From the NCBI GenBank assembly GCA_011109175.1, contig RDEW01000097.1, positions 31,377 to 95,376 of the forward strand: a stretch of 64,000 nucleotides of DNA, in the 5' to 3' direction. Position numbers and translations under genes: made by a program. A model generated the notes under the pieces. The model did no database searches. It was not told the DNA's origin and saw only the letters and a list, made by a program, of their open reading frames with translations. The DNA is from Dicyema japonicum. Its lineage: Eukaryota; Animalia; Dicyemida. Position 1 is the first letter of the stretch; every line of letters begins with the position of its first letter. Shown here piece after piece: positions 1 through 10,609 of the stretch.

Positions 1-39
1 GTAAATAGTAATTATTTTTATTGATTTTTTGTTAAATCA

Positions 40-450
40 GTCTTGTTAAAATTATTCCTATTGTTTTGACTTGGGAGGGAATTGTAAGTAAGTTCTACAA
101 GTCATATATGGATGTTTTGGATGTGGATATAATTCCGATGGCATATATTCAATCTATTGTGTTAAAGAAAACTCTTGAAAGCATGTTAGTGGAAGCACCA
201 ACATGGGATGAACTTTCAAGAAAGTGATGTTAGTGAGGTCATTCATTTCCTACAACAAGAGTCTCTACAACAAGTGGAGGATGACGGAATCGTTCCCATG
301 GAACAACAATGCTGTAGTGAAGATCAGATTGGTGTGATGATGATAAAGAGATTGCAGTTAGATAGTCTATGAATGGCTCAAAACGAAAGAAAATAAATTA
401 ATACAGCCAATCAATTTTAAATAGTTTAATTCTGACTTTTGGTTTATTAT
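40..450 (+). mobile_element. 3' end of an R4/Dong-like non-LTR retrotransposon (C-terminus of the restriction-like endonuclease region)
   Basis: Translates as VKIIPIVLTWEGIVSKFYKSYMDVLDVDIIPMAYIQSIVLKKTLES, matching the IIP.V.TW.GIV...AYIQS.VLKKT C-terminal motif of RLE-type elements. An AT-rich tail follows. Confidence 0.7.
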
Positions 451-1264
451 TAAATATACTTATTTCAAAAAAGTGAAATTAGACGAAATCCTGATGGTTC
501 ATACATTACATAAAAAATCTATAATCATCTCGAATCCGCCACTTATTGAAAGTCACAAAAAGTGTCGGATTGAATTTTTTAGAAATAAGTTGTACACCCT
601 ATCACATCCATTAGTTCTCTAGTCCTGGGGCTGTTTAATTACTTCAAGGATGCTTTCTTTGCTGATTTATGAAAGTGTGTCTTCTCACTCGTTTGTTCAT
701 CAAAAATGTGTTCTCATTACTCCCCTGTGTTCTCATTAGAATTTTCTCATAAAATAAAAGACACTTGACTTTGTTGAACAAAATACAGTACTTTTTTGCT
801 AATCGTGAAAATCACAATAAAAATATCTTAGATTGAGTTCAAAACACCAATTATGTTACCTGAATTCTTTCCTGAATTCATAGATTCTACGTCTTTTCTC
901 CACATCTTTATTTCGTCCTGAATAAAAGCACTGAGTCACCCGAATACACACCTTATTTGACTTTCGACATTTAAGTTGGTAAAGCATATCCATGTTTCCC
1001 CATCATATCTGTGTTTTCCTCTCTGTCCGGTAAGATCTGTTATTTGTTCTAGCTGCTTCTTCAGTATTGTAAGTTTGCTTCCATATGGTGGATCTAATCG
1101 CACTTCTTTAACTTTATTATTAACTTTATTGTATTTAATACGTTTAATGTGTCAATGCAGGGTTTTTAATATTTAGTTGACTAAACGACATTATCAACAG
1201 TATTACTTTTCATCTATTTCTAGTATCATTTCTCACCTATCGATAATTAAATTAAAATATTTCC

Positions 1265-1410
1265 AAATACCAAGGGTAACCAAACTAATTAACTCCTTGA
1301 TCCTGACTCGTTCCAGAACTTGTCTCCAGAGAAAAAAGAGTGGATCCTCTTGATGCCGGCCATGCATTGGGCGTCTCCTTAGTAAGTGGATCTAATGACG
1401 CCAACAAAGG
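1265..1410 (-). mobile_element. Short 5'-truncated 3' stub of a Jockey/I-like LINE
   Basis: Reverse complement reads ctggaacgagtcaggatcaaggagttaattagtttggttacccttgg, near-identical to the stubs at 14090-14230 and 14340-14475. Confidence 0.65.
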
Positions 1411-1518
1411 GAGTAAATAAAAAAACTAAACAAGAACCAAAATTCTAAATCGAACATAATTTTATATTTCTAATAATTTTTTTATTAAAAGACAATTATT
1501 TAACAAAAAAAACAAATT

Positions 1519-2090
1519 TTAGTTGAGGAAGCCTGCTGCGTGGATCGCGAACGAGTTCCCTCGGAGTATTGCAATCTTTTGTCTAAGCCATAACCTTTCT
1601 CGTTGATCCCCTTTCTTTCTGGCAAGCATTCCTCCGAGTTCGCGCAAGAACTCAGCCGTCATTGGACCAACAGCTTCGGATGACTCGACCGCAACAAGAG
1701 TAAATCGGTACCGGTCCCCGAGGCAAGAATATTTTTGATTTTTAGGTTTTCCGCGGTCGAAGCAGCTGCTCCAGGTGTCTGAACCGATTTGAAAAGATTC
1801 GTATTTGAAAATGTGTCAACACAAGTTGCGTCCCAGACCAAAGATCTTCCGGATGTGTAAGGGAAAAGGGTCATCCTATCAGGTCTCTTTCCATCTCTTC
1901 GATCGAGACCCACTGGTTCAAATTGTGATGGGAAGCCTGTAACCTTTAGATATCTGACGATCACATCGTTCAGAGCAGCGTGACGTGGTCCTTTCCGGCG
2001 CTTCTTCTGCAGGACAACAGGTGCTATCCCTTCGCATCAACTATTTTTCCCGCAGCTGCATCGGTGCTCCTGGCAAACGTCTAATCCTAG
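1519..2090 (-). mobile_element. CRE-clade non-LTR retrotransposon 3' fragment (zinc knuckle plus restriction-like endonuclease), frameshifted
   Basis: Reads RHAALNDVIVRYL...EPVGLDRRDGKRPD.MTLFPY..GRSLVWDATCVDT...AAST.AE..K, then continues in a shifted frame to ...RGNSFAIHAAGFLN* (stop at 1519-1521). Confidence 0.85.
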
Positions 2091-2967
2091 CCTTTGTCCG
2101 TCTAGTCCTAGTCTTTTCTAATAATTTAAAAATAATAAATTATTCACGTTCTTGTCTCGTCATTTTCTACACCAGTTCTGTAAATTCTGCTGTCTCCAGA
2201 GGGTAGCCTTTGCACCTCAAAAGAGAATCATTAATTTCACTTAATATTGGGACATCCTCACTCTGTCGACACGTTTACTTCTGATACAACGTGTTGGAAT
2301 CACATGATTAGTTAGTCTAGTTTTTTTTTATTTTTTTAGTCTCTTAGTTTTATATATTGATTAAATTCCGTGTGTTAACTGTATTTTAGAAAACTAGGAA
2401 TCACCACGAGGTTTGGTATTTTCTTGGTAAATCTATACAACATAATCAGAAACCGATTTCATATTCTAAATTGTTAAGTTTATAAAAATTAAAATCAACG
2501 ATTATTACGATAAGCGATTTTTTCCTATTTTCTATCTTAAGCTCAATGAAGTCAAGATAAATTTATTGAATGCGAACACAGATGAACGAATTTTGATTTG
2601 CACTGTGTGGGAATAAGCTAATCTAGCAGAATTCTAAATTATTTATTTTTTTAATTTTTATAGAAAGAACGTAAGTAATAGAATGAGGATTACCCCAAAT
2701 TGTTTTTGACAGAAAATAAATATCCTCAATAGCACATTTATAGTCCATACTAATTAAACTAATCCACGTGTTTACATGACATTGTAGAATAGAATTATCT
2801 CTAACCAGTTTACTCATCACAAAAAAATATCTATGTAAAACACGATATGAAGGAGTAGGGAGCATAACCAATGCTATTTGTAAAGCAGAAACATTCTTAA
2901 TAGCCAAACAAGCCTTAATAAGACAACCAAAAGGAGGTGGAATAATATCCCCATTCACAAACATTTT

Positions 2968-3290
2968 ATAATAATAATAATAACAGCCTTTTCACGAGAG
3001 CCATAATATTTATTGCTCCGCATAGGTAGGACACACTTTATTTAAGTAAAGAACAGTTAATTTTAACCAATCGTAGAACCAAGGAATGATCTTCATTTCT
3101 TTTTTCTTGTGTGTGGGTCCTTTCTAGACAATCCAGTTCCGCAGTGAGTATCCACTGATGACGGCGTCACTCGTCAAACCCTTTTAGCATCGTAGATGCG
3201 TGGAGTTTTTTACCAGGTGAACAGCAGCGAGAATCGAACCCGTAACCTAAGCCACTTTAGCCCGACACCTAATCACTATGCCACCCGGCT
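2968..3290 (-). mobile_element. tRNA-derived SINE, family A, full-length copy
   Basis: Pol III A box (GTGGCATAGTGA) and B box (GGTTCGATTC), a ~320 bp body and a (TTA)n tail. Highly similar to the copies at 10310, 20821 and 63263. Confidence 0.85.
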
Positions 3291-3334
3291 GTAGGAAGAA
3301 CAAAAGTAGTCTACTTAATCATCATCGCATACTA

Positions 3335-3660
3335 ATGGATTGCCCTCATCTGTCCAAGCCGACCGGTTCAGAATAGAGGGGAATCAACAGACACCAGAGC
3401 ACACTTCAAGATTCTCTTTATCGCCTTGTGGGAATCTTTCTGTTTTTTTAGAGATGAAAGAGAATGATATTCATATGAGTGGAAGGTACCTCCATATCTC
3501 CAATGTATATCTGATGGAGATACCGATGCGGATACTATCATCATCAAAGTGAATCTAAACTATCATGATGGCATTATTCCAAGTGCAACTCCCAACGATC
3601 TTCCAGTAACAAAACGAAGCGTCGCTGTCGGTTTGGGAGCTTACGGATCTTTTCATATTA
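3335..3660 (-). mobile_element. Degraded CRE-clade retrotransposon C-terminal fragment
   Basis: Minus-strand mosaic translation SCTW.NAI...DDDSIRIGISIR...HSLS...RFP...FPSIL(E)PVGLD. DNA-similar copies lie at 35330-35680 and 46570-46770. Confidence 0.6.
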
Positions 3661-3949
3661 ATTTTCTAGGATGGTAAAGGTCTCTCTATAGGCCTGATTT
3701 TCAAATGTTTTATATATGATTTATGGTGATTCTGTAAAAATCGTAGAGTCATCTTGATCAACAGCTGATTTAGTCTCAAAAATAGATATGCAGAAAGACT
3801 AAATCCTTGGGGGAGAAAATTCCCAAACAGCAGAAGAGAACGAGAATAATTGATTTGTCCAGAACGTAAAATTAACGCAGCAGAAGAGAACGTAAAATTT
3901 AACGTAAATCGTCCTCTGTTGTTATAAACGTGATTTTTTTCAGAGTCTC

Positions 3950-4430
3950 GGATAATAACTTTGATTTTTACATAACAGAAACTCTACAACCTAGTTTATC
4001 TCTCCAATGTTTTACGAAAAAAGTCCGCATCCTAAAAAATTAACTTTGAAGTAAGTACGGAAAACACGTCACTTGTGAGGATAAGCATGTTGGTTGACTT
4101 ACTAAGAATTAGTTTTAAATGATATATGTAGCCTGTAACTAGATACTACCGATGCAAAAACTACGCCACATTGCCAATTTCTAAAAAAAGGCTCTTGAAT
4201 CACAAAATGAGCTATTGCTCGGTTAAAGACATAGAAAGAAATGTATTAATGTGGGAAAGTTAGTCATTTGGTCAACATTGATATTGCTTCTGGAATCACG
4301 GATCTAATTTTAGAATATACTAGAATATCCTGAATCATTGATAGAGCATAAATTTATGGATATAAGTTTATTAATCGCTAATTAGAAGAATCTCTTACCT
4401 TCAAAATGCATATTTGATTGCCAGCATTCC
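3950..4430 (+). repeat. Dispersed repeat (second copy 47425-47625), possibly a Penelope-like GIY-YIG relic
   Basis: About 200 bp aligns directly with 47425-47625. Downstream translation fragments RLLNHK and RI.ESLIEHK resemble the Penelope endonuclease C-terminus only weakly. Confidence 0.35.
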
Positions 4431-4662
4431 AATTATTGTTCGATTGTTTTCATGACTAACTTGAATTTTAAAGGCAAGATTAAGGGAATGAATGCATGAT
4501 GTACTCTTCCTTAAGGGGATGCCCAGTCGTTATTGGTAGTGCGAGATGGGGTTAATACTTTTAATTTTTGTTAAGAATTAAAAAAAGAACATTATTTGGA
4601 ATAATTGATACGGATTAGTTTACTGAATGTTCTTACTTTTTTATAAAGTTAGACGATCCGAT

Positions 4663-4780
4663 TAGTGATGACGGCGTCATTTGTCAAGCCAAACCAACAT
4701 ATGCGTGGAACTTTCAACCGAATATACAGAGCGGGACCTTATGATTTTGGTCCGATACTAGTAACATTGCGCGCAATTAA
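4663..4780 (-). mobile_element. Degenerate SINE family A-related fragment
   Basis: Contains tgatgacggcgtcatttgtcaagcc and gcgtggaac, the reverse complement of the SINE A core. Confidence 0.5.
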
Positions 4781-4789
4781 AATGCTAAA

Positions 4790-5170
4790 GTAAACATAAT
4801 GTCAATAGTGGTAATATGGCATTGTGAGCATGATCTAAAAAAGCCACCGAAACACGCTCAAAGTGAATGACAATATATATTCAAACTAATGTGATCAGAA
4901 AGACTCTTGAGAAGATTTGGGAAAACATCAATATGGGTAAGTCACATACGGATTCTCAGAAACTGATATCGATTTTTGAATGATCGAAGAAGGACGCGGT
5001 ATCGAAAGTGGATGTTTGTTTGAAAGTCTGAATGATGAAATTGTAGATAAATAACTCAACCAAGGAGGGTCCAAACTATTTACTACAACAAGCCTAAAAA
5101 TGCTGCGGCTCTAAAAGGAGGCGAATTAATTGAGGAAAATTTAATAATTCAACTTAGCAAATAAAATATG
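4790..5170 (+). mobile_element. Second degraded R4/Dong-like 3' end
   Basis: YIQTNVIRKTLEKI matches the YIQSIVLKKTLES motif in the 40-450 element. Confidence 0.5.
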
Positions 5171-6079
5171 TTTTTATTATAAAATTTTAAATAAAATCAA
5201 ATTGTTAATTCCATCGATTGAAATATTATTTAACACTTTAAATGAACTAATAATTAACATATATTTTGATAGTAAGTACTGATTCCTTGTTTTTCCTCAC
5301 AAATTTAGTTTATAAATTAATGTTTTCAATGAATTATTGTAGTACAGATCAGTTAATATGTTTCCATCGATTAAATATATCAAAGAATTTTAGTTTGTTT
5401 ATTGATGTTTTTTTTATATTTGTTATTATGAATTATGTTTGTTGCTATGAATAACGTTGAATCTCTGAATATGGATTATGAATCTCTGAATTTAGTAGTA
5501 CTATAAGTATGCGTGAATAGTATCGGTAATGTAGTCTACGATTACTATCTTATATAGTAAATATTTATAATATTATATAATAATCTATTATGTAATAATT
5601 ATTAACTAATATGCCTGATATTACTTAATAACAATAATTTCTTTTGTTTACTTGGAATTAAAATTAAATTAAAAAGTTGAAAGAACAAATCCAGAATGAA
5701 TATCATCGTGGACAGAACGAAATCGGACAGGCGGAAATGAAAACATGTTAGACCCAGTGAGTAAAAAGGACGAAAGTCACGTTCTGATTTGGAAATGTTG
5801 AGGTGGCCTGAAATCTCGTTCAAAAAATTTTTTTTCCAAAATCTTCAATACGACTGAGGTAAGAGAAATAGGTCTGTAGGGGTAATGGGAGGAGGAATCC
5901 TCGTTGATTTTGAGTACTTAAAAATTGAAGATCAAATTTAAAAAGATATATTTAAAATATGGAACATCAATGGAAAAACACATAATTTTCCAAGATGTTT
6001 AAGAATCACGTTGACTATTTTAAACAATTTAATAAAATAGATATGAGTGTATTCAAAGATAAAGAATGTAGTAAAACAA

Positions 6080-6253
6080 TGATTGATTAGGGAAGGTGGC
6101 CCTGCAAATACAGTCAGCCTCCCAGTACGAGCTTGTGTGTGTACGAGGGAGGAGCACCGGGAACGAATGAGGATTTTAGCAGAGCGCATCGGGATCACGT
6201 GATAGTTAGTTTTGGTTTCACCGTGGTCTTGGGTGTTAAATAAATAAATAAAT
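6080..6253 (+). mobile_element. Jockey/I-like LINE 3' stub
   Basis: ORF2 end EHRERMRILAERIGIT*, then tagttagttttggtttcaccgtggtcttggg and a (TAAA)n tail. Related stubs at 8830-8990(-), 11660-12100(-), 29720-29820(+), 39430-39570(-), 40340-40430(+), 46430-46500(-) and 54200-54580(+). Confidence 0.65.
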
Positions 6254-6467
6254 AGTCAGACCTTCTTTTGTGCGACCCCAAACTCTTGGAAACCTCGATT
6301 TTTGTGAGATTTATAATTTTGATAGTAATCTGAGATTTCTTATAGAATTAAGTCCGACCTCGTTTTGAAAAAACACAAAATGTGCAAAAATCTCGATTTT
6401 GTGTATTCTTAGAGGGAAATATAGTATATTTTAATTGGCTGCGAGGACATCGACGTGGTTTTATCTA

Positions 6468-6600
6468 CGTACTCCACGGATCATAAAATAAATCTCATCA
6501 TACTCCTTGGGCTAAAACTCTACAACCTCTATGTAGTAGTTTAGCAGCGAGCTAGAATACTCATTAAATGGTAGGAACAAATTTAGAGAAGTCTTGACTA
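6468..6600 (-). mobile_element. Internal fragment of the R4/Dong-like family
   Basis: DNA is homologous to 43548-43685 (gtactccacggatcataa...atgtagtagtttagcagcgag). Confidence 0.7.
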
Positions 6601-6710
6601 TTTGTTTTTGTTAAAGTCAACAAAGTAGTTATTAAAAAGAAAAGATGGAGATTTTAATAATCAATTTATCACAAAAAAAGTAAAATGAGAGAAAAGCTGA
6701 TATTCATATA

Positions 6711-8145
6711 CAGTAAACTCTCCGAATTTGCCATTTTTAGTTCCAGCATTTTCTGCGGCAAATTTGGGAATTGGCAAATTTCAGAATTTAATCAATAATT
6801 TTAACATATTTATTGGGAAACTTCTCGTCGATGAAAATAACTAAATTTGATTTTATTACGACAACAAAATTTATTTAAAAAAAATGAAGTATTAAATTTT
6901 ATCAAAATAAAATTCAATTCACATTTGTTTCTTTTTGACACTTAGAATATTTCATGAAATCTTCTAATAATTTAATAAGGACGACATCCTCTTCGTTTTC
7001 AACTTTCTCAAGAAGATCCTTTTCAATTTCGCTTAACATTGATGCTACTTCATTCTTGATTATGGGTTTCACTTCAGTAGTTTATTCATGGATGAGTATT
7101 TCATTATCATCTATTAATGATGCTATTTCTTTTTAATCTATTGCATTTTTTCAGAATAATTTATAGACATAAATTCTTTGATTTCAATTGATCGTAATAT
7201 TTCTTGAATTATGTTCACATATACTAAAGGTGTACTTATTATTATTATTAGCAATGTCCGCGGAACCAGAAGAGTTAACTAATTTGAGATTCTACTTTTA
7301 CCATGGATCTCTGGATACATGCTGTAAGTCGTTTCCATCTTCCCCTGTTTCTCGCAACCGTTCTCAGATCATCCAGATCCTCTCCTGTTTTCAGTTTTTT
7401 CCTATACTAGTGAGTTCTATGTTGAGCGTCGACGGTAACGTTGTTCTTTGTCGACTTCGATACGTTTTTGGAATCATACAGAAAAGTATGATTCCATGGC
7501 CAGATTGGACTTGGAAACTTTTTGAAATTCTTTGAGAACCCCTTCAATATCGACACTTTTGTCATTGCACATTTGTCCGTGTAATTTTCTCATCCGAAAT
7601 CCACGCCTTTTCTTAAATTTAGATAAAAATCCATGAGTTTTTGAAATAGTCGCGAGAAAGTTGCTTAACAAAGAATTCTGCTTTACAGGATGTTAATGCA
7701 TCGTTCAACAATGCACCTTAAAATTTAAAAACATTAAGAATACCTTTTGATTCCATCGAATCCATCTACTCAACAAGCTTTTCATCAAATTGCGTAAACT
7801 TTAACTTTTTGACTGTATTTTTTGGAGGAATTTTTAGTTTTGAATTGTTCCGAAAGTGATTCACGATGTTCACTTTAAACAAAAAAAAAGTTATCAGCAA
7901 TTTTCTGTCATGAGTTGTTGTCGTCCTTATAACGCAATATTTGAACTTTTTGTTAGATAGTGAGTTTTTGTATATCGACAACTAAAATCACAACGAGGCA
8001 TTCTACTCGAATAAAGTTTTATTGTTTTAATTTTCAGTAATTTTTTTAAAACTTTAAAAAATTTTGGCAAATTTCCACAAAAATTAGAATATATCTCTTA
8101 AAAAATGGCAAATCTGAGAATTGGCAAATTTACGATAGTTTACTT
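6711..8145 (-). mobile_element. pogo/Tigger-like DNA transposon, internally deleted, with an intron-containing HTH region
   Basis: About 25 bp imperfect TIRs (cagtaaactctccgaatttgcca / tggcaaatttacgatagtttactt) flanked by TA on both sides. Minus strand encodes a CENP-B-type HTH: DEKLVE*MDSMESK^GALLNDAL...KA...FLSKFKKRRGF. Confidence 0.8.
7233..7400 (-). mobile_element. RTE-like LINE 3' stub nested in the pogo element
   Basis: Reads ...ARNRGRWKRLTACIQ..., followed by a (TAA)n tail. Confidence 0.45.
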
Positions 8146-10309
8146 TATTACGAAATAATAAATAATACTCTCGATTCATCTTTTTTGAAAGCTCCGAAAA
8201 TGGTGGATTCGAGGTATTGGAGTAGCGATTTTGAAGCCCTGATCGAAGTATTTTGTTGTCTTCAAATGCCTGTGTAGAATGTGTGGAATCCAAGTCGTTA
8301 TTCTTTAGCCCAGGTTCAATTTTTCGTGGAGCGTTCCATGGTGGTCAATAATGTCTCACGGATTGAATAAGTGTATTGGTTGTGGAAAGGTTGAGTTATT
8401 AGGTTCAAATGATTGCTGGAAGAGTTCTAAACTGATATTTCAATAGTATTCAAAAATAGGGGATATTTGAATATTTGATCTTGTTGTAAAGGAACACACG
8501 AGAGATGCTTTTTAATACGATTAGGTCAATGAAAACAAATACATTTTTTCATGAGAAAATAATTGTTAAAACTATCGGCAATACTCAGTTGTTCAAAATG
8601 TCTTGACGTTAAAATTCAGATTCTAATCTATTTGAGGCCTATTGAGTAAAATGTCTATCTAAATGTGGAAATTATTTTAGGAGCAAAAGCTTAACATCAA
8701 CTCAATGATCAGCGTCGGAATCGTTTGTAGGAAATCTGATAGATACAAACACAGTGTTTTTTTTGTATATCGTATGAGATACAAACACATCCATATGACC
8801 AAGAAGTGAATCAAAATAATAATTATAATAATAACACCAGATACCACGGTTACACAAACTAACTAATCACGTGATCCCAGCACGCTCTAGCAGGGACCTC
8901 ATCTTTGCCGATGTTCTTCCCTCGAACCCACACAAGCACGTATCGGTCAAGTGACTGTACCTTCGCAATCACGACGGCGCGTTTCCATGGTTTATTCACA
9001 TCAAGGCATCAAGAGGCCATTGGTGGCTGGAACTCTCCAGAAATCCAGCGTTCCGTGATTTTGGAGACTCTTTTCCGGCTATCCTCGATCTTCAAGACAT
9101 TCGTTCAAGAGATAAACAAGCCCCATATACCACATGCATAAGAGATGCATGATTCAATGAATTGTTCATATAAATTGATGTAGCAAACGAAGTAGTATAT
9201 AAATTTTACATTTCAAATACTTATTTATAAATTTAAAAATTTATACTTAAATTATTTTTTAAAAATAAATTTAAAAAAATCAGAATAAATAGAATATATA
9301 AGCGTGTATTGCGCTTTGCGTCTGTGGACGACGTGCAATTTGCAAAACCTCAAGAAACCAGCATTTTAACTATTAAAAAACAACGAGTCTCGTTTTTTTT
9401 GTTTCTTCTGAGAATTCACCATTGAACCAACAGTGATTTAAGGAATAGGTAGTTTATAAATGAAGTAAACACTCTAGGTTTAAATTGAATTGAAAAAGCT
9501 TTGTTCATTGATGGTTACTCTTTCAACTGTATTGGAAAATATTTGAGAAGATTTTCAACTTCGAACGAAGATTAATTACTAAAGAAGAAAACAAGGAACT
9601 CAATTCTATAATTAAGAAATTTCTGCTTAAATTGTGTCCTTATTTTTGCTGAAATGTGCTCACGAAGTGACCGCGTGGTTAATATTCAGGTATTTGTTCA
9701 AAAATATATTAATTAGATCGTATATCACATTTTCAACAAGGAATGAATTAATACCAATGGTTCTTTTCATTACAAAACAAAAATCTTCGTTAGAGCTCAT
9801 CAAATTTTAAACCTGGAGACGAGTCATCTCACTGGAATTGGTGGTAGAGCCTAGAAAAACAGTCACACACTCTTCGAAATGCTGTCTTATCAAGACTCGA
9901 AAAAGATTTGAGATTTTTGTATGCAAAATCGGTTCTGGATACAGCAAAGTATATTCCTCTTATTTGTAGATTTCTTTAACTGTTGGAACTTTCTATTGCT
10001 CTATTGCCAGAATTTCTGTCAATATTTTATCAAATGACGGAAAAAGAGATGAATAAATCTGTCCAAATTATGTCGTTTTGGTTAAAGGAGTGAGTTTTAT
10101 CAGCTCCGTGTAGAAATGCTTCATATATTATTCTGAAACCTTTACTTGTGTAAGTTATTTTTCATCAATAGACGCTTAAATTTTGCATTGCTGTTTGTTT
10201 CTAAGGTTTGGTATTGACTTTTTTATTTTTTGTAGAAATTTGAAGATTAAAATCCTACTGAAGTTGAATTGATACTCAAACTGCAGGTTTTTTTTAGAAT
10301 CATGAAAAC

Positions 10310-10609
10310 CGAGTGGTTAGGTGTCGGGCTAAAGTGACTTAGGTTACGGGTTCGATTCTCGCTGTGTTTACCTGATGGAAGGTTCTACGCATCTACGATG
10401 CTTAAAAAGGCCTTGACGAGTGACGCCGTCATCACTGTGGAACTGGATAGTCTTAAAAGGACCCACACACAAGAAAAAGGAAGTGAAGATCATTCCTTGG
10501 TTCTAAGATTAGTTAAAATTAACTGTTCTTTACTTAAATAAAACTGTGTGTCTTGCCTATGCGGAGCTAATATCACGTAACGTGAAAAAGGCTGTTATTA
10601 TTATTATTT
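10310..10609 (+). mobile_element. tRNA-derived SINE family A with 11-bp target-site duplication
   Basis: Slightly 5'-truncated head, B box GGTTCGATTC and (TTA)n tail. ATCATGAAAAC is duplicated at 10299-10309 and 10610-10620. Confidence 0.9.

Noticed and set aside
2623-2964. 113-aa ORF as a host gene (also 12364-12675 and most other short ORFs in the track)
   Set aside because: No recognisable domain. Most short ORFs are antisense or off-frame shadows of TE relics, or chance ORFs in AT-rich DNA.
5750-5790. Hammerhead-like gtgagt...ggacgaaa
   Set aside because: No CUGANGA core and no closing stems could be formed.
8318-8340. Match to the 3' end of U6 snRNA (ttcgtggagcgttccat)
   Set aside because: The similarity is under 20 nt and there is no ACAGAGA box or other U6 sequence upstream.
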